NCBI GenBank assembly: GCA_019244745.1
Contig: JAFASF010000215.1
Coordinates: 1 to 54,370 of the forward strand
Origin: Solirubrobacterales bacterium
GTDB lineage: Bacteria; Actinomycetota; Thermoleophilia; Solirubrobacterales; Solirubrobacteraceae
DNA: 54,370 nt
Direction of reading: 5' to 3'
The notes beneath the pieces were generated by a model. It ran no database searches. It saw nothing but the letters and a program-made list of their open reading frames with translations, and was not told where the DNA came from. Made by a program: the position numbers and the translations under genes. Below, in pieces: positions 26,688 through 36,372 of this stretch (position 1 is the stretch's first letter; the number at the start of each line of letters is the position of its first letter).

Positions 26688-28385
26688 ATGGCCGACGCTT
26701 ACGACGCGATCCTGATCGGCGCCGGCCACAACGCGCTCGTCTGCGCGGTGTACCTGTCCCGGGCGGGCTGGAGGACGCTGGTGCTCGAACAGGCAGATCG
26801 TCCGGGTGGCGCCGTGTGCAGCGCCGAAGCGACCCGTCCCGGGTTCATCCACGACCTGTTCGCGACCAACATGAACCTGTTCCTCGCTTCGCCGATCGCG
26901 CGCCAGCTCGGAGGCGAGCTCGAGCGCCACGGGCTGCACTACGCCCAGTGCGAGCATCCATTCGCCAACGTCTTCCCCGACGGCAAGGCACTGCGGGTCC
27001 ACCAGGGGACCGCGGCGACGTTGTCCGAGCTCGAGCGCCACGACTCGCGCGACGCCGCGGGCTGGCGCGCGCTCGACCAGCTGTACGAGCGCCTGAGCCC
27101 GGCGCTGTTTTCGTTATACGGATCGCGGCTGGATGCACGCAGCCTCGCCGCGGTGGCGCGCGAGCAGCTGCCCGCGCTCGGACTGGGCGGCACCCGCGAA
27201 CTCGCGCGACTGCTGGTCAGCTCGACCCGGGAGCTCGCCCAGGACTATTTGCACACGCGCGAGGCGCAGGCCGTGCTGGCATGCTGGGGGATGCACCTCG
27301 ATTTCGGCCCCGACGTCTCGGGCGGCGCGATGTTCCCGTTGCTCGAGGCGTTCACCGATATGCGCGCAGGAATGGCGGTCGCGCGCGGCGGCGCATCGAG
27401 GCTGATCGACGCGCTCGTAGCGCTCGCGGCCGACCACGGAGCTGAGCTCAGGACCGGCGCTGAGGTGGTGAGAGTCACCGTTCGCGCCGGCCGGGCGGCC
27501 GGCGTCGAGCTGGCGAGCGGCGAGCGGCTGGAGGCCAGCCGCGCGGTCGTCGCGGGCGTCACGCCCCCGATCCTCTACTCGCGCCTGCTCGCGGACGCCG
27601 CGCCGGAGGCAATCGCTCGGGCCGCGGAGCGCTATCGCTACGGGCCCGGGACCTTGATGCTCCACCTGGCGCTCTCGGGCCCGCCCCCGTGGAGCGCCGG
27701 CACCGATCTCGGTCGCTTCGCCTACGTCCACGTCGCCCCATACCTGGACGATCTCGCGGCAACCTATGCGCAGGCCTGCGCGGGACTGCTCCCCGCCGAG
27801 CCGCTCCTGGTCGTCGGCCAGACCTCGGCCGTCGACCCCTCCCGCGCCGACGAGGGCCACGTCCTCTGGGTGCAGGTGCGCGCGCTGCCGGCGCAGATCG
27901 CCGGGGATGCACTCGGTGAGATCGAGCCACGGAGCTGGCCCGAGGCCGGCGAGCGCTACGCCGAGCGGGTACTGAGAAAGCTCGAGCGCTACGCCCCGGG
28001 GATCGGAGAGCTCGTGCTCGACCGGGCGATCCTCACGCCCACCGACCTCGAGCGCCACAACCCCAACCTGGTCGGCGGGGACTCCATCGCGGGCAGCATG
28101 CATCTGCGCCAGAACTTCCTGTTCCGTCCCTTCCCGGAGGTCCGCGACTACGAGACGGGGGTGGAGGGGCTCCTGATGGTCGGCGCCGGCACCTGGCCGG
28201 GAGCGGGCGTGAACGCGATCTCGGGTTACAACGTCGCACAGAAGCTGCTGGCGCCGCCGCGGCGCCGCGGCGAGGACGTCAAGCTCGCGCTGGGCGCAGC
28301 CCGCGCAGCAGCTGCGCCGCTCGCGCGAGCTGCCCGTCGCCGCCTAGGATCCGGAGCGCGACGATCCGGCCCGAGGCCGCGTTGA
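26688..28385 (+). CDS. Phytoene-desaturase-like (COG1233) FAD oxidoreductase
   Basis: GAGHNAL, PGG, NPNLVGGD and GAGTWPG.GV motifs. Confidence 0.88.
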   Translation: MADAYDAILIGAGHNALVCAVYLSRAGWRTLVLEQADRPGGAVCSAEATRPGFIHDLFATNMNLFLASPIARQLGGELERHGLHYAQCEHPFANVFPDGKALRVHQGTAATLSELERHDSRDAAGWRALDQLYERLSPALFSLYGSRLDARSLAAVAREQLPALGLGGTRELARLLVSSTRELAQDYLHTREAQAVLACWGMHLDFGPDVSGGAMFPLLEAFTDMRAGMAVARGGASRLIDALVALAADHGAELRTGAEVVRVTVRAGRAAGVELASGERLEASRAVVAGVTPPILYSRLLADAAPEAIARAAERYRYGPGTLMLHLALSGPPPWSAGTDLGRFAYVHVAPYLDDLAATYAQACAGLLPAEPLLVVGQTSAVDPSRADEGHVLWVQVRALPAQIAGDALGEIEPRSWPEAGERYAERVLRKLERYAPGIGELVLDRAILTPTDLERHNPNLVGGDSIAGSMHLRQNFLFRPFPEVRDYETGVEGLLMVGAGTWPGAGVNAISGYNVAQKLLAPPRRRGEDVKLALGAARAAAAPLARAARRRLGSGARRSGPRPR

Positions 28386-29913
28386 GGCCGGGGCCCGGGA
28401 ACGTTGAGGCACCGCACTGATACAGACCGCGGACCGGGGTCACGTGGGCGCCGTAGGAAGGAAGCGGACGCCAGAAGAACGTCTGACCGAGTTCGCAATC
28501 GCCGGCGTAGATGTCGCCTCGGACCAGGTTGGGGTTCCGCCGCTCGAGCTCGGCCGGCGACAGAGCGGCGCTCGCTCCACGCACCTCGGGCCAGTTCTCG
28601 ACGTGCGGCTCGAGCGCCGACACTACGCGCTCGGTGAACGCGGTCTGGAGCGCGGCCGTCCACGTGCCGCCGCCTACGTCGATCTCGCCGGCCGCGTCCC
28701 CGCTCGGCGCGTAGGGCACCTGCTGCAACTGGATCCACATCACCGCGGCGCCCTCGGGGGCACGGCTGGGGTCGACCACCGTCGGCTGGCCGACGACGAC
28801 GGTCGGCGCCGCGGGCAGCAGGCCGGCGGCCGCCTGCGCACAGGCGAGGGCAACGCTCCCCACGCCGTCGCTCAGATGGACGATCGGCACCTGGTTGAGG
28901 CGCGAGTCGCGCCAGCGCAGCGGCGCCTTCAGAGCCACATGGATCTGCATGCCGGCGCGAGGGCTGTAGCGAAACCGCAGGCCCTGGCGCACCGCCTCGG
29001 CCGGGGCCGCCCCGGCGGGGAGCAGGCGCCCGTAGAGCTGCGTCGGCGTGGTGTTGGCGATGACCGCCTTGCGGGCGCCGATCTCCTCTCCGCCGGCGAT
29101 GACACCTACCGCCGCCTCCCCCCGGGTCAAGATCCGCTCGACCTCGACGCCGGTGCGCACGTGCCCCCCGTGGTCGGCGATCAGCCGCTCGAAGGCATGC
29201 ACGAAGCCGCTCGATCCGCCCTTCACGACGGGAAGGCCGACCGCGTGCAGAGAGCCGGCGATTGCCAGCACCTGAAAGCCGCTCCCGGCGGCGTCGGGCG
29301 GGATGCCTGTGTGCAGCGCCCACGGCGCGTACAGGTCGGCGATCTCGCGGCCCCGGAAGCGGGTCTCAAACCACGACCGCGCGGAGGAGGCGATGTCGGC
29401 CACGAATTCGAGCCCCCTCCGACGCCCCAGCGCCCGCCCGAGCCTGAACGACAGCTTGGCCGCGCCGGCGGAGTACAGCTCGGTCCCGAGCAGCTGCCCG
29501 ACCGTCTCGATCGTTGCCCCGAAGCGATCCATCTCGGACAGATACGCCGCACGGTCGTGGGCGTCGAACCCCTCCACCGTCCTCGCGGGGTCGCGGTAAG
29601 CCAGGATCGCGGCGCCGTCGCCGCGCACGTTGGCGGTCGTCTCGGCGGGAGTCTCACAGTAGGTCAGCCCCCGCGCCTCGAGCTCCGGACCGAGCTCGGC
29701 GTACGCGCCGGAGAGCTTGAACAGCGGGTGCCACGACGAGAACGTGTCGTGAACGAAGCCGGGCTCCGTGAGCTCCTCGCTCGCGACCGTTCCGCCGGCA
29801 ACGTCGTTGCGCTCGATCACCTCGACGCTCAGCCCCGCCCGGGCGAGGTAGGCGGCGGCGACGAGCCCGTTGTGACCCGAGCCGATCACGACCACGTCGC
29901 GCTGCTCAGACAT
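28279..29913 (-). CDS. Phytoene-desaturase-like (COG1233) FAD oxidoreductase, paralog
   Basis: GSGHNGL, NPNLVRGD, GASTFPGPG; leaderless ATG 29913. Confidence 0.88.
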   Translation of the reverse strand: MSEQRDVVVIGSGHNGLVAAAYLARAGLSVEVIERNDVAGGTVASEELTEPGFVHDTFSSWHPLFKLSGAYAELGPELEARGLTYCETPAETTANVRGDGAAILAYRDPARTVEGFDAHDRAAYLSEMDRFGATIETVGQLLGTELYSAGAAKLSFRLGRALGRRRGLEFVADIASSARSWFETRFRGREIADLYAPWALHTGIPPDAAGSGFQVLAIAGSLHAVGLPVVKGGSSGFVHAFERLIADHGGHVRTGVEVERILTRGEAAVGVIAGGEEIGARKAVIANTTPTQLYGRLLPAGAAPAEAVRQGLRFRYSPRAGMQIHVALKAPLRWRDSRLNQVPIVHLSDGVGSVALACAQAAAGLLPAAPTVVVGQPTVVDPSRAPEGAAVMWIQLQQVPYAPSGDAAGEIDVGGGTWTAALQTAFTERVVSALEPHVENWPEVRGASAALSPAELERRNPNLVRGDIYAGDCELGQTFFWRPLPSYGAHVTPVRGLYQCGASTFPGPGLNAASGRIVALRILGGDGQLARAAQLLRGLRPARA

Positions 29914-29920
29914 GCGGCGG

Positions 29921-29950
29921 AGCCTCGCAAAAGGCTTGATCAAATGTCAA
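29921..29950 (-). promoter_or_regulatory. Promoter TTGACA-18-GAGGCT with exact box (29938-29950)
   Basis: GATCAAATGTCAA on + strand; -10 element ends 7 nt before the ATG. Confidence 0.75.
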
Positions 29951-29988
29951 GCCACCGCGAGGCGGTCCGCGGCGCGATCGCACCCAGG

Positions 29989-31185
29989 CTATTCGAGCCG
30001 CAGCCGGTAGGGGATCACCGCCACCGCCCCCGCCCACAGGATCGCCAACGCCGCGAAGCCGATCCGGCCGTCACCGGGCATCGAGAACGTGAGGCCGACC
30101 AGCGGCGTGCCGGCCACGATCGCGAGCACCGGATAGCTGTTCATGGCGCCCACCGCGGCGCCGGAGGCATTCGGGTAAACGCGCGCCGCCCCCGCCACGG
30201 TGGCTCCGAACGGGATCCCCACGGCCATGCCGACGAGCGCAGTCCCGAGCACGTCGAGTGGCACCGAGACGGAAGCCGAGAGCAGGGCGGTGCCGAGCGC
30301 GCCGACCAGGAAGCTCACCGCGACGGCACGCCAGGTCGTCGCGCTGCGCGCACGCGCGAGCATGCCGCCCGCCGGCCGGGAGACGATGCCGAGCAGCAGG
30401 ATCAACGAGCCGACCGCGCCGGCCGCGCCACGGCTGAGGCCGGCGTGGCGCTCTAGCAGCGTCACCACCCAGTTTCCGATGATTACGCTGAAGCCGAACG
30501 AGACCGCGCTGACCGCGCCGAGGCGGATGAGCGTCCCATCCGCCAACAGGGTCGCGAACCGGGGCCGGCCGCCGACAACCCGGCCCTGGGTGGACGGACA
30601 CGCCATCACCAGCGGCACGGCCACGGCCGCGACCACGGCCGCGCTCACAAACGGCGCCCGCCAGCCGAACGCCCCAACCAACTGCGGCACGATGACCAGC
30701 GCGAGCCCACCGCCGCTCAGCGAGGCACCGCCGTAGATGCCGCTGGCGAGCACGGAGCCGCGAACGCTCTCCAACTGCGCGTAGATCGCACCGGCCAAGA
30801 AGCCGAGGCCGACGCCCGCGCCGATGAAGGCCCGGGCGGCAAGCGCCAGGTAGGGGTCCGCGATCGCCAGCAGCAGCAGGTTGCCGGCGAGCGAGATCCC
30901 GATCGCGACGAGGCCGACCCACTTGGCTCCGAAGCGGTCGATCGCCCGACCGCCGGGGACCATCATCGGCAACTCGACGAAGAACATCACCGCGGTCAGC
31001 AGGCCGATGACCGCGAGCCCGACCCCATAGTGGGCGGAGAGGAGCGGAGACACCGGGCCCGTGTTGGCGATGTTCCACGAGATCGACAGGCCGACCGTGC
31101 AGCCGCCGAGCAGCGGGCCCAGCGGCAGCGACCGCTCGGCACCGATGGTTGAGCGCGATGTCGCCGGCCCGCTGGCCGGCGACAT
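29989..31185 (-). CDS. MFS transporter
   Basis: GGRAIDRFG motif A, multiple TM helices; start overlaps the upstream stop. Confidence 0.87.
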   Translation of the reverse strand: MSPASGPATSRSTIGAERSLPLGPLLGGCTVGLSISWNIANTGPVSPLLSAHYGVGLAVIGLLTAVMFFVELPMMVPGGRAIDRFGAKWVGLVAIGISLAGNLLLLAIADPYLALAARAFIGAGVGLGFLAGAIYAQLESVRGSVLASGIYGGASLSGGGLALVIVPQLVGAFGWRAPFVSAAVVAAVAVPLVMACPSTQGRVVGGRPRFATLLADGTLIRLGAVSAVSFGFSVIIGNWVVTLLERHAGLSRGAAGAVGSLILLLGIVSRPAGGMLARARSATTWRAVAVSFLVGALGTALLSASVSVPLDVLGTALVGMAVGIPFGATVAGAARVYPNASGAAVGAMNSYPVLAIVAGTPLVGLTFSMPGDGRIGFAALAILWAGAVAVIPYRLRLE

Positions 31186-32105
31186 CACTGCGGTTGGCTC
31201 CAAGAGCGCTCGAGGCCCTTGACCAGGGCCGCGATCGCCAGGTTGAGCGGCGTGGGGACTCCCTGCTGAGCGCCGAACTTGGCGATCCCGCCGTTCATCG
31301 CGTCAATCTCCGTCGCCCGTTTGGCGAGCACGTCCTGGAGCATGCTCGCGCGGTGCTCGTACGCCACCTCCGCGGCGTGGTCGACGAGCTGCTCCGGGTC
31401 CGAGTCGAGCCCGATGCCGAGCGAGTCGGCCACGGCTTCGCCCTCGTCGATGAGCGCGCTCACGAGCCGCCGCAGCTCGGGCAGCTCGCACACCCGGCCG
31501 TGGGTCAAGCCGGTGAGCGCGCCGATCGGGTTCGTGGCGGCGTTGAAGATCAGCTTCGTCCACTGCGCACCGCGCGCGTCCTCGAGCGCCTTGGTGTTCA
31601 TGCCGCCGGCCGTGATCGCATCGGCGAGCGTCCTCACCTGGTCGATCGACGCAGGCCGCGGCTCGAACGGGCCAAGCCAGGTGTCGCCGCGCGTGTCCAT
31701 CCCCACAACCCCGGGGGCGATCACGTGGCCCGCGGGGAACGTCGTACCGCGGATCACGCGATCCACGTACTCGGCGATCACCTCCTCGTTGCCGACGCCG
31801 TTCTGCACCGACGCGACGGCCCCGTCCGCGAATGCCTGCGCCGACGCCTCGATCGCCGGCCGGGTGAACATGCTCTTGGTCGCGACGATTCCGTACTCGC
31901 ACGGCGGGATCTGGGAGCCGTCGCTGGTCGCGCGGACCGAAGCCACGAGGTCAGCTTCCCCGGTCAGTCGCAGCCCGTCCCGGTTGATGGCGTCCACGTG
32001 CGGCCGCACGACATCGTAGGCCCACACCTCCACTCCGTCGGCCTGTGCCAGGTGGGCGGCGAACAGGCTTCCCACCGCTCCGCAGCCGACGATGCATACC
32101 CTCAT
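31185..32105 (-). CDS. Ketopantoate reductase (PanE/ApbA) family, copy 2
   Basis: GCGAVG, QNGVG, WTKLIFN, SMLQD...TEID. Confidence 0.9.
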   Translation of the reverse strand: MRVCIVGCGAVGSLFAAHLAQADGVEVWAYDVVRPHVDAINRDGLRLTGEADLVASVRATSDGSQIPPCEYGIVATKSMFTRPAIEASAQAFADGAVASVQNGVGNEEVIAEYVDRVIRGTTFPAGHVIAPGVVGMDTRGDTWLGPFEPRPASIDQVRTLADAITAGGMNTKALEDARGAQWTKLIFNAATNPIGALTGLTHGRVCELPELRRLVSALIDEGEAVADSLGIGLDSDPEQLVDHAAEVAYEHRASMLQDVLAKRATEIDAMNGGIAKFGAQQGVPTPLNLAIAALVKGLERSWSQPQ

Positions 32106-33124
32106 GCGCTCACCTCCTGAAGGTTTCGCCGGCGCAGGCTCCACGAGGCCTCCTTCCCCTTGACCAGGCGATGGACGGCGGCCGTCACGGGAACCTCCAC
32201 GCCGTGCTTGGCGGCCTCACGCACGATCGCGCCGGCGATGAAGTCAACCTCGGTCGGACGGCGCGCGAGCACGTCCTCGAGCATCGAGGGCAGATGCGCG
32301 TAGTCGCTCGCGTTCGTCTCCCCGCGAGCGACCGCCAGGACGTTCATCTCCCACGGATCCTCGTAGAGCTCGATCCCCGCTGCTGCCGCCACCGCCTTTC
32401 CCTCGTCGACCAGCGCGCGCACGACCGGCCCCAGCGCCGGGGGATCGGCCTCGTCGGCAAACAGGGATACGTGCGGCAGCCCGGTCAGCGCCGCGACGCC
32501 ATTGACCGCCGAGTTGAAGATCAGCTTCGACCACTGCGCCGGCAGGAGGTCCGCCATCCACTGCGCGTGCAGCCCGGAAGCGTTGATCAGTTCGCCGACC
32601 GCCTGGACGCGGTCCAGCGGTGTCCGCGTCCCGGCCCACGGCCCGAGCCAGGTTGCCGTGTCGAGCTCGTACTCCACGTGCACGTCGGAGTGCCGGTTGC
32701 CGCTCATGAACGTCACCGCCGAGATCAGCGGCCAGTCCCCGTGGCGGGCGACCACCTCCTCAGCCCCCAGCCCGTTCTGGATCGTCATCATCGTCGCGTC
32801 CCGGGCGACGCCCTCCAGACGGCCGGCGGCCTCGTCGAGATGGATCGCCTTGACAGCAAAGATCCCCAGGTCGAACGCGGGAAGCTCGGCCGGGTCGCCG
32901 GTCGCGTCCGGCCGCCCGACGAACGCGCTCTTCCCCGACACGCGCAGCCCCTCGTTCCGCAAGCGCTCGGCCTGAGCCGCGCGGCGGGTCAGGACCCACA
33001 CCTCGCACACCTGGCTCAGGTGCGCGGCCAAGAGAGATCCGATCGAGCCCGCGCCGATCACGCACACGCGCGTCAGACCGGCTGCGGAGCGATCCGACGC
33101 CCCCGGAGACCGCTCAGCGGGCAT
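32102..33124 (-). CDS. Ketopantoate reductase (PanE/ApbA) family, copy 1
   Basis: GAGSIG, QNGLG, WSKLIFN, SMLED...TEVD. Confidence 0.9.
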   Translation of the reverse strand: MPAERSPGASDRSAAGLTRVCVIGAGSIGSLLAAHLSQVCEVWVLTRRAAQAERLRNEGLRVSGKSAFVGRPDATGDPAELPAFDLGIFAVKAIHLDEAAGRLEGVARDATMMTIQNGLGAEEVVARHGDWPLISAVTFMSGNRHSDVHVEYELDTATWLGPWAGTRTPLDRVQAVGELINASGLHAQWMADLLPAQWSKLIFNSAVNGVAALTGLPHVSLFADEADPPALGPVVRALVDEGKAVAAAAGIELYEDPWEMNVLAVARGETNASDYAHLPSMLEDVLARRPTEVDFIAGAIVREAAKHGVEVPVTAAVHRLVKGKEASWSLRRRNLQEVSA

Positions 33125-34292
33125 CGAGGAGCCGGCGGAACTCTTCGTCGGAGACGAGCCCGTGCTTGCGCGCGCCGAGGGCCTTCACCTCGGCGAGCAG
33201 CGCTGGCCAATCCTCCTCGGGACGCTCCAGCCCGAGGTCGGCGAGCTTGATCCGGATCGAGTCGAGGCCGCTCTTTTTGCCGAGCACGATCCGCCTGGGG
33301 GCCCCGACGAGCTCGGAGGAGAACGGCTCTATCGCGGGGGGGTCGTGGAACTGGCTCGCCACCGCGCCGCTCTCGCGCGTGAACAGCGTCTCGCCGGTGA
33401 CCGGCTTCCACGGCTCGAGCTCATAGCCCGACAGCGTCTGCACGAGCTCGGACACACTCCGTAGGCGGTCGAACCGCAGGCGGGTGGAGATTCCGTAGAG
33501 GGCTTCCAGGGCGAGCGCGACCTCGCCCAGGTTTGCGTTCCCTGCCCGCTCCCCCATGCCGTTGATCGTTCCTTGCACCCAGCTCGCGCCGGCGCGCACG
33601 GCGGCGATCGCGGCGGCGGTGGCCATTCCGAAGTCGTTGTGACCATGCCAGTGGATCGGGACCGTATCGCCGACCCACTGGCGCGCGCTGCGGGTCATCA
33701 GCGCCGCCGCCTCGGGACTCACCGCGCCCAGCGTGTCGACGATCGCTATCTCGCTCGCGCCGGCGGAGACCGCCTCCGTGTAGACGCGCTCGAGAAAGCC
33801 GAAGTCGGCGCGCGACCCGTCGACGCCGAAGAAGCACACCTTCACGCCGTTGTCAGTCGCATACCTGGTGGCTTCCACCACCCTCGCCAGGAGCTTCTCG
33901 CGGGTGATGCCGTACGCGCTGAGCTTCCCGTCGGAGACGGGCGACTCGATCACGGCAGCACGCACCCCGATCTCGAGCAGCGCGTCCACGTCCGCCGGCA
34001 GAGCCCGCGCGAAGCCCCAAATCTCGGCCGACAGTCCGTCGGCAGCGATCGAGCGGAAGGCCTCGGTGTCGTCGGCGGAGACGCGGGGAAACCCAGCCTC
34101 GATGCGGTCGATGCCGAGCCCGTCGAGCGCCCGGGCAATATCCAGCTTCTGTTGTGGGTCGAGCGCCACGCCGACGGTTTGCTCTCCGTCACGAAGCGTG
34201 GTGTCGTATAGGCCAACGGTCTGTGGGGCGTCGCCGCGGTCCGCGGCGCGTCGGTTCAGTTCACCGGTCCATATGTATTCGTTTGGGATCAC
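33114..34292 (-). CDS. LeuA/homocitrate-synthase-like DRE-TIM enzyme lacking the regulatory domain
   Basis: DTTLRDGEQ, HGHNDFG, GMGERAGN, LGKKSG; 392 aa. Confidence 0.88.
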   Translation of the reverse strand: MIPNEYIWTGELNRRAADRGDAPQTVGLYDTTLRDGEQTVGVALDPQQKLDIARALDGLGIDRIEAGFPRVSADDTEAFRSIAADGLSAEIWGFARALPADVDALLEIGVRAAVIESPVSDGKLSAYGITREKLLARVVEATRYATDNGVKVCFFGVDGSRADFGFLERVYTEAVSAGASEIAIVDTLGAVSPEAAALMTRSARQWVGDTVPIHWHGHNDFGMATAAAIAAVRAGASWVQGTINGMGERAGNANLGEVALALEALYGISTRLRFDRLRSVSELVQTLSGYELEPWKPVTGETLFTRESGAVASQFHDPPAIEPFSSELVGAPRRIVLGKKSGLDSIRIKLADLGLERPEEDWPALLAEVKALGARKHGLVSDEEFRRLLDAR

Positions 34293-35479
34293 AGGCCTCG
34301 AAAGTCGTCGGGATAAGTTCCAATGCGCTCACAACCGTTGCCGGTCACGAGATAGTTGTCCTCGACACGCAAGCCACCGCCCCCTTCCCAGTAGACCCCG
34401 GGCTCGACGGCGAGCACCATCCCGGCGCTGAGCTCGCCCGAGCCGGCCTGGTGAGCGTAAGGCGCCTCGTGCGCCCGGGCGCCTACCCCGTGGGCGATCG
34501 GGTGTGACGGCTGGCCGGGATAGCCGAGCCCCGCGATTCCTTCTCGCACCAGTACGTCGAGCTCCGCGAGACTCGCCCCCGGTCGCAGGTGCTCGATCGC
34601 CCGGCCGTAGACGTCGAGCAGTCCGTCGGTGAGCTCATCGTATGCAGGGGTCAGCTGGCCCGGACAGGCGTTCTTGGTCAGATCGATCCAGTAGCCGTCG
34701 GCGCAGACCCAGATCTCGAGGAGCGTGGGCTCGTGCTCGCGGACCTGGGCGTCGCTGGTCGCCGTGAACGTGCGAATGCTCGGCCCCGACCACACGAGGG
34801 TAAAGGCACGCGCGAGGTCGACCTTGCCTTTGTAGCCCGTGCCGACTGCGTGTACGTGACCTTCGTAGATAGCTCCGATCTCACCGCACGTCATTCCCGG
34901 ACGGATCCGCTCGCGGACGGCGACCATCGCCGACGTGGCGAGCTCGCCGGCGAGCCGCATGCGCTCGAGCTCCTGCTCGGTCTTAATCGCACGCGCGCCC
35001 GCGAGCAACGGCGAGCAGTCGACGAGCTCGCGGCAGGCGCCGCCGAGGGCGTCGAACCAGCCCTGCCAGAACACCGTCGGTTCACCGACCATCCGGTCGG
35101 ACGCCTGCGTCGCCTGGGAGAGCTCCACACCGATCCTGCCCGTCAGGTCGCGCTCAGCGAGCACCTCGAGGCACACGTCGAGTGAGCGAAACCAGGGGGG
35201 TCGCGGATCGGCCGGGTGGTAGCCCGCGAACGGACGCAGGTCGGACGTCCAGCTGGTGGCGGCGGCGTACTCCAGCTGTGGCTCGAGCACGATCAAAACG
35301 GGCTCGCCCTCCGCGGGGACCACGGCTACGTCGTAGCCCTTCATCGACCAGTAGTTCGTGAGGTAGAGGATGTTGTCGGAGGCGCGCACTACGACCGCGT
35401 CGAGATCATCGGTGGCCATCAGTGACCGGAAGCGGTCGAGCTTGCTCTGGTCCAGGGGCCAGCCCACCCCGGCTACCAC
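34289..35479 (-). CDS. M24 (Xaa-Pro peptidase/creatinase-fold) hydrolase
   Basis: R.IKT..E, DGYWIDLT, HGVG..HE, VEPG, RVED; start 35479 or 35467. Confidence 0.87.
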   Translation of the reverse strand: MVAGVGWPLDQSKLDRFRSLMATDDLDAVVVRASDNILYLTNYWSMKGYDVAVVPAEGEPVLIVLEPQLEYAAATSWTSDLRPFAGYHPADPRPPWFRSLDVCLEVLAERDLTGRIGVELSQATQASDRMVGEPTVFWQGWFDALGGACRELVDCSPLLAGARAIKTEQELERMRLAGELATSAMVAVRERIRPGMTCGEIGAIYEGHVHAVGTGYKGKVDLARAFTLVWSGPSIRTFTATSDAQVREHEPTLLEIWVCADGYWIDLTKNACPGQLTPAYDELTDGLLDVYGRAIEHLRPGASLAELDVLVREGIAGLGYPGQPSHPIAHGVGARAHEAPYAHQAGSGELSAGMVLAVEPGVYWEGGGGLRVEDNYLVTGNGCERIGTYPDDFRGL

Positions 35480-36372
35480 CGCCTCAGCGGCGGCGCAGGA
35501 ACCCCGTGGGCCTGCTCCCAGGAGATCACGGGGTTCTGCAGCACACCGATCCGCTCGATCTCGCACTCGATCACGTCCCCGGGCTTGAGGTACCACTTGT
35601 GGGCGTCCTCGCGGAACCCCGCGACGCCGGAAACGGTCCCGAGCGAGAGCACGTCGCCGGGGCTGTAGTCGAGCGCGGAGTAGTGGGCGATCACCTGCGG
35701 GATCGTCTGCGACATGTTCCCCGAGATCGATTGCTGGCGCACCTCCCCGTTGACGCGCAGCTGCATATCGAGCTCGTAGGGGTCCGGGATCTCGTCCGGC
35801 GTGACGATCCACGGGCCCAGAGGGCAGAACGTGTCGATCGACTTGCAGAACGAGAACACGCCCGAGCGCATCTCGCGCCGCTGGATGTCGCGAGCGGTGA
35901 TGTCGTTGAAGATCACATAACCGCCGATGTAGCTCGCGGCCTCTTGTTCATCGAAGTGCTTGCCGCCTCGGCTGATCACGAGCGCGAGCTCGAGCTCGTA
36001 GTCGAGCTCGTCGGTCAGGTGCGACGGGTACACGATCGGATCCTCCGGACCGATGATCGCGTCGATGTTCTGGAAGAACACGATCCACGGCGCGATCTCA
36101 TGCGACCAGTTGACGGTCTTGGATTCCTCCTCGTGCTCGCGGTAGTTGCCCGAGGTGTGGAAGAACTTCTTGGGGATGATTGGCGCTCGCAGCCGCACGT
36201 CCGCCAGCGCCAGGCGCTCGCCGTTGGCCCCGGCCGCGACGGTGGCCGGATCCTCCCCGGACTCGAACAGAGCCCGCATGGTCGCGATTCCCTCCATCAC
36301 CGTGATCTGCCCGTCACGCAGAGCGCCGCAGCGCGTCCGGCCGTCGGGGTCGCTGAACGTCACCAGCTTCAT
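35473..36372 (-). CDS. Fumarylacetoacetate hydrolase (FAH) family protein
   Basis: DYELEL, NDITARD, KS.DTF.PLGP, GT.SGV; ATGA coupling. Confidence 0.92.
   Translation of the reverse strand: MKLVTFSDPDGRTRCGALRDGQITVMEGIATMRALFESGEDPATVAAGANGERLALADVRLRAPIIPKKFFHTSGNYREHEEESKTVNWSHEIAPWIVFFQNIDAIIGPEDPIVYPSHLTDELDYELELALVISRGGKHFDEQEAASYIGGYVIFNDITARDIQRREMRSGVFSFCKSIDTFCPLGPWIVTPDEIPDPYELDMQLRVNGEVRQQSISGNMSQTIPQVIAHYSALDYSPGDVLSLGTVSGVAGFREDAHKWYLKPGDVIECEIERIGVLQNPVISWEQAHGVPAPPLRRW

Noticed and set aside
26688-29913. Carotenoid biosynthesis (crtI)
   Set aside because: No crtB/crtE/crtY nearby; the GHN-type N-terminus and catabolic context fit the broader COG1233 family
31185-34292. Housekeeping leuA/panE assignment
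   Set aside because: No regulatory domain, no leuBCD or panBC, and duplicated PanE; gene symbols withheld
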